Source: Macrostomum lignano (Eukaryota). Taken from it: a stretch of DNA of 33,997 nt. The stretch is taken from contig NIVC01004830.1 of the NCBI GenBank assembly GCA_002269645.1, positions 1 to 33,997 on the forward strand. Reading direction: 5' to 3'. Below the pieces are notes generated by a model. It saw only the letters and a list, made by a program, of their open reading frames with translations. It was not told the origin of the DNA and made no database searches. Below are positions 31,471 through 33,997 of the stretch, in pieces. Each line of letters begins with the position of its first letter. The stretch's first letter is position 1. The translations under genes were made by a program, and so were the position numbers.

Positions 31471-32150
31471 ATGCAAGCGTTGGAATTCGCAGATCGGCTG
31501 TTAATCCTGCTATTGATCCGCGGCAGTTGCTACCCAGTTGCATCTGCTCAAACAGCCAGTGAGCAGCCGGCAGTTATTAATGCCACATCACAGTCTCCAA
31601 GCAACGACAATGCAACTGCGACAGCTGAAATCGGTTCAACAACTCACGCCTCGAACTGGTCAACCGACGCCACCGAATCTGCTTCAGTGACAGCGGCTAC
31701 CAGCACTGCAAATTCGGCAACAACTGCAGGCGGTGCTGCAGACAGCGGCGTCCCAGCAGCCGATGATGATCGAATCCTGGGATGCCGATCCCCGTGTTCG
31801 CCACCGTGGTCAGCTTCTTCGGCACTCCGCTGGTCTTCATCCTGCTTTGCGGCGGTGTCGCCGCCTGCAAGTCGCTGTCGTGTCGTCGAAGCGCCGACCA
31901 GCGTGGCGGCAAAGTGGCGCCGAGCGCCGACAGTCTGGAGGCTTCGTCGGATTCCTTCGGCGGTCAGCACGAGCTGCGCGAGTTTCCAGTTGCCCCACCC
32001 GGAGGCAAGTCTTGGCAGCAGAAGGATGTGAAGGAGGAGGAGGCTGAGCCGCCGCCGATGAAGGCTCCAAGGAAGCTGGACGAGCAAACGCCACAGCAGC
32101 AGAAGTTGCGAAACCCGTACCTTGAGCAGTTGGGCCAGATGCTCAAGTAA
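31471..32150 (+). CDS. Intronless type-I single-pass membrane glycoprotein (signal peptide, Ser/Thr/Ala-rich ectodomain, TM, cytoplasmic tail), ~226 aa, one frameshift at ~31780
   Basis: MQALEFADRLLILLLIRGSCYPVASA|QT... with NAT, NAT and NWS sequons. CTG-GG-ATG lacks one base, and adding it joins ORF 31782-32150 with TM IPVFATVVSFFGTPLVFILLCGGVAAC and stop TAA at 32148. Confidence 0.72.
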
Positions 32151-32309
32151 AAAATGCCTGTTTAAACTGAGCTTCAGTCAAGCAACTGAATTTTTACTTG
32201 TTGCTAATCCGCTTTTTAAAAAGAGCAATTGCGTTCTGCAATGTTTTTGATGACGGTTTTTTGACGGAAACACAAAATTACTGTGAATTTTAGCGATTAT
32301 CCTTCCTGA

Positions 32310-33045
32310 AAATTGTGTTTATCTTTCCTGAAGAGTGTGACTATTCATCCTGAAGAGTGTGATTATCCTTCCTGAAGAGTGTGACTATCCTTCCTGAAGA
32401 GTGTGACTATTCATCCTGAAGAGTGTGATTATCCTTCCTGAAGAGTGTGACTATCCTTCCTGAAGAGTGTGACTATCCTTCCTGAAGAGTGTGATTATGC
32501 TTCCTGAAGAGTGTGACTATTCATCCTGAAGAGTGTGATTATGCTTCCTGAAGAGTGTGACTATTCATCCTGAAGAGTGTGATTATGCTTCCTGAAGAGT
32601 GTGACTATTCATCCTGAAGAGTGTGATTATGCTTCCTGAAGAGTGTGACTATTCATCCTGAAGAGTGTGATTATGCTTCCTGAAGAGTGTGACTATTCAT
32701 CCTGAAGAGTGTGATTATGCTTCCTGAAGAGTGTGACTATTCATCCTGAAGAGTGTGATTATCCTTCCTGAAGAGTGTGACTATTCATCCTGAAGAGTGT
32801 GACTATGCTTCCTGAAGAGTGTGATTATCCATCCTGAAGAGTGTGACTATCCTTCCTGAAGAGTGTGATTATCCTTCCTGAAGAGTGTGACTATCCTTCC
32901 TGAAGAGTGTGACTATGCTTCCTGAAGAGTGTGATTATCCATCCTGAAGAGTGTGACTATCCTTCCTGAAGAGTGTGATTATCCTTCCTGAAGAGTGTGA
33001 TTATCCTTCCTGAAGAGTGTGATTATCCTTCCTGAAGAGTGTGAT
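32310..33045. repeat. 22-bp minisatellite (ATCCTTCCTGAAGAGTGTGA[C/T]T), ~33 copies
   Basis: Direct repetition with alternating variants. Confidence 0.94.
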
Positions 33046-33536
33046 GATCATACCCTGATGAAAATGGTCATTAATGATTTAAAAATGAAAGTGACTTTAT
33101 TTCCTGAAAAAGTGCAGATCTTTTCAAAATAGTTTTACTGTCTGGAAAGGAGTACCTTTGCTCCCAAAGATTTTTGTTTAAGTTGAATGTCAATCTGAAA
33201 GTAAACTAAATTCTTGTTAACTAAATTTAGACTATAATTTTGCTCTCAACTAATTTGTTCTCTTAATTGTTTATTACTTTAACACCTGAATAACTAGCTC
33301 GTATAGCTGTTACCTGCATGTAAAATTTTCAATTCTAAAATATTTCTAGTTACATAAATAACTCTTTTATAATTACTACTATTTCCATATAAGTACTTTT
33401 GCTTCGAGCCTAACGAAAACAATGATAAAGAGATACTATCTTTTATACTATTATAACCCGATTTCATCTCTGGATCCAGGCTTATTCCAAGTAGCACTCC
33501 ATACTCGGCCTTAGGTACAGAATCTATAAACATGCA

Positions 33537-33750
33537 GTTGCCTAGCAACCGTGATATTTACCTTAAGATACGATTCTAAAAGCTATTCAGTTGCATAGCA
33601 ACCGTGATATTTACCCTAGATACCTAATTTTTAAACTACGCAGTTGCATAGCAACCGTGATATTTACCCTAATTTTTAAGCTACGCTGTTGCATAGCAAC
33701 CGTGATATTTACCATAGATACCGGATCTAAATTTCTGGTTGCATAACAAC
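33537..33750. promoter_or_regulatory. Tandem ~50-bp module with five RFX X-box matches, four followed by a Forkhead-consensus site
   Basis: GTTGCCTAGCAAC 33537, GTTGCATAGCAAC 33590/33643/33688, GTTGCATAACAAC 33738. The first four are followed by CGTGATATTTACC (TATTTAC is the reverse complement of GTAAATA, RYAAAYA). The repeat is certain; regulatory function is inferred. Confidence 0.55.
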
Positions 33751-33997
33751 GCTATACATAAGCTACATTTAATAGTAACAGAATTAGAATTCAACAATTG
33801 GAATCGTACGCGTTCTTAGAAAATCTCGTCTACATTTTTTACCGACGCAACAAGATGAAGCGGTGTGCCCATACATTACAAGAGGCTGGACAGACGCAAC
33901 TTGAACTTTAGCCTAGCAACTATGGGCTGCAATCCATTGAACAGGCAGTCAGTACATTTTCCTTAGTACAGTAAGCTGAAAAGATAAATTACCCTGA

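Noticed and set aside
33294-33548. 84-aa minus-strand ORF with faint LINE-like LGISLD
   Set aside because: AT-rich, TTG/CTG-type start inside an X-box unit, and the similarity is too weak to support.

Overview
Eukaryotic, intron-containing, repeat-rich genomic DNA from an invertebrate animal; a flatworm-like origin is only a guess from style. I see no CRISPR, operon or prokaryotic features. Three + strand genes can be reconstructed by hand from GT-AG junctions with consistent phase. (1) The 3' ~3,100 codons of a polycystin-1-family (PKD1-like) gene at 1-15136: F5/8C discoidin domain, PKD-like repeats, REJ, GAIN/GPS, PLAT, 11 TM with TOP domain, and a short coiled-coil tail. It carries 8-9 single-base frameshifts confined to 1057-3075 and two micro-exons. 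(2) A six-exon gene (~473 aa, 17890-27202) resembling only the C-terminal domain of SARA/endofin (ZFYVE9/16). No FYVE exon is visible, and every intron is filled by a different satellite, including a ~1.77-kb pure (ATCT)n. (3) An intronless orphan type-I membrane glycoprotein (31471-32150) with one frameshift. Also present are ~15 tandem arrays, a tRNA-headed CORE-SINE, a ~90-bp dispersed element in two copies, and a tandem ~50-bp module pairing an RFX X-box with a Forkhead site (33537-33750). All calls are by-eye reading plus recalled family motifs; no searches were run.
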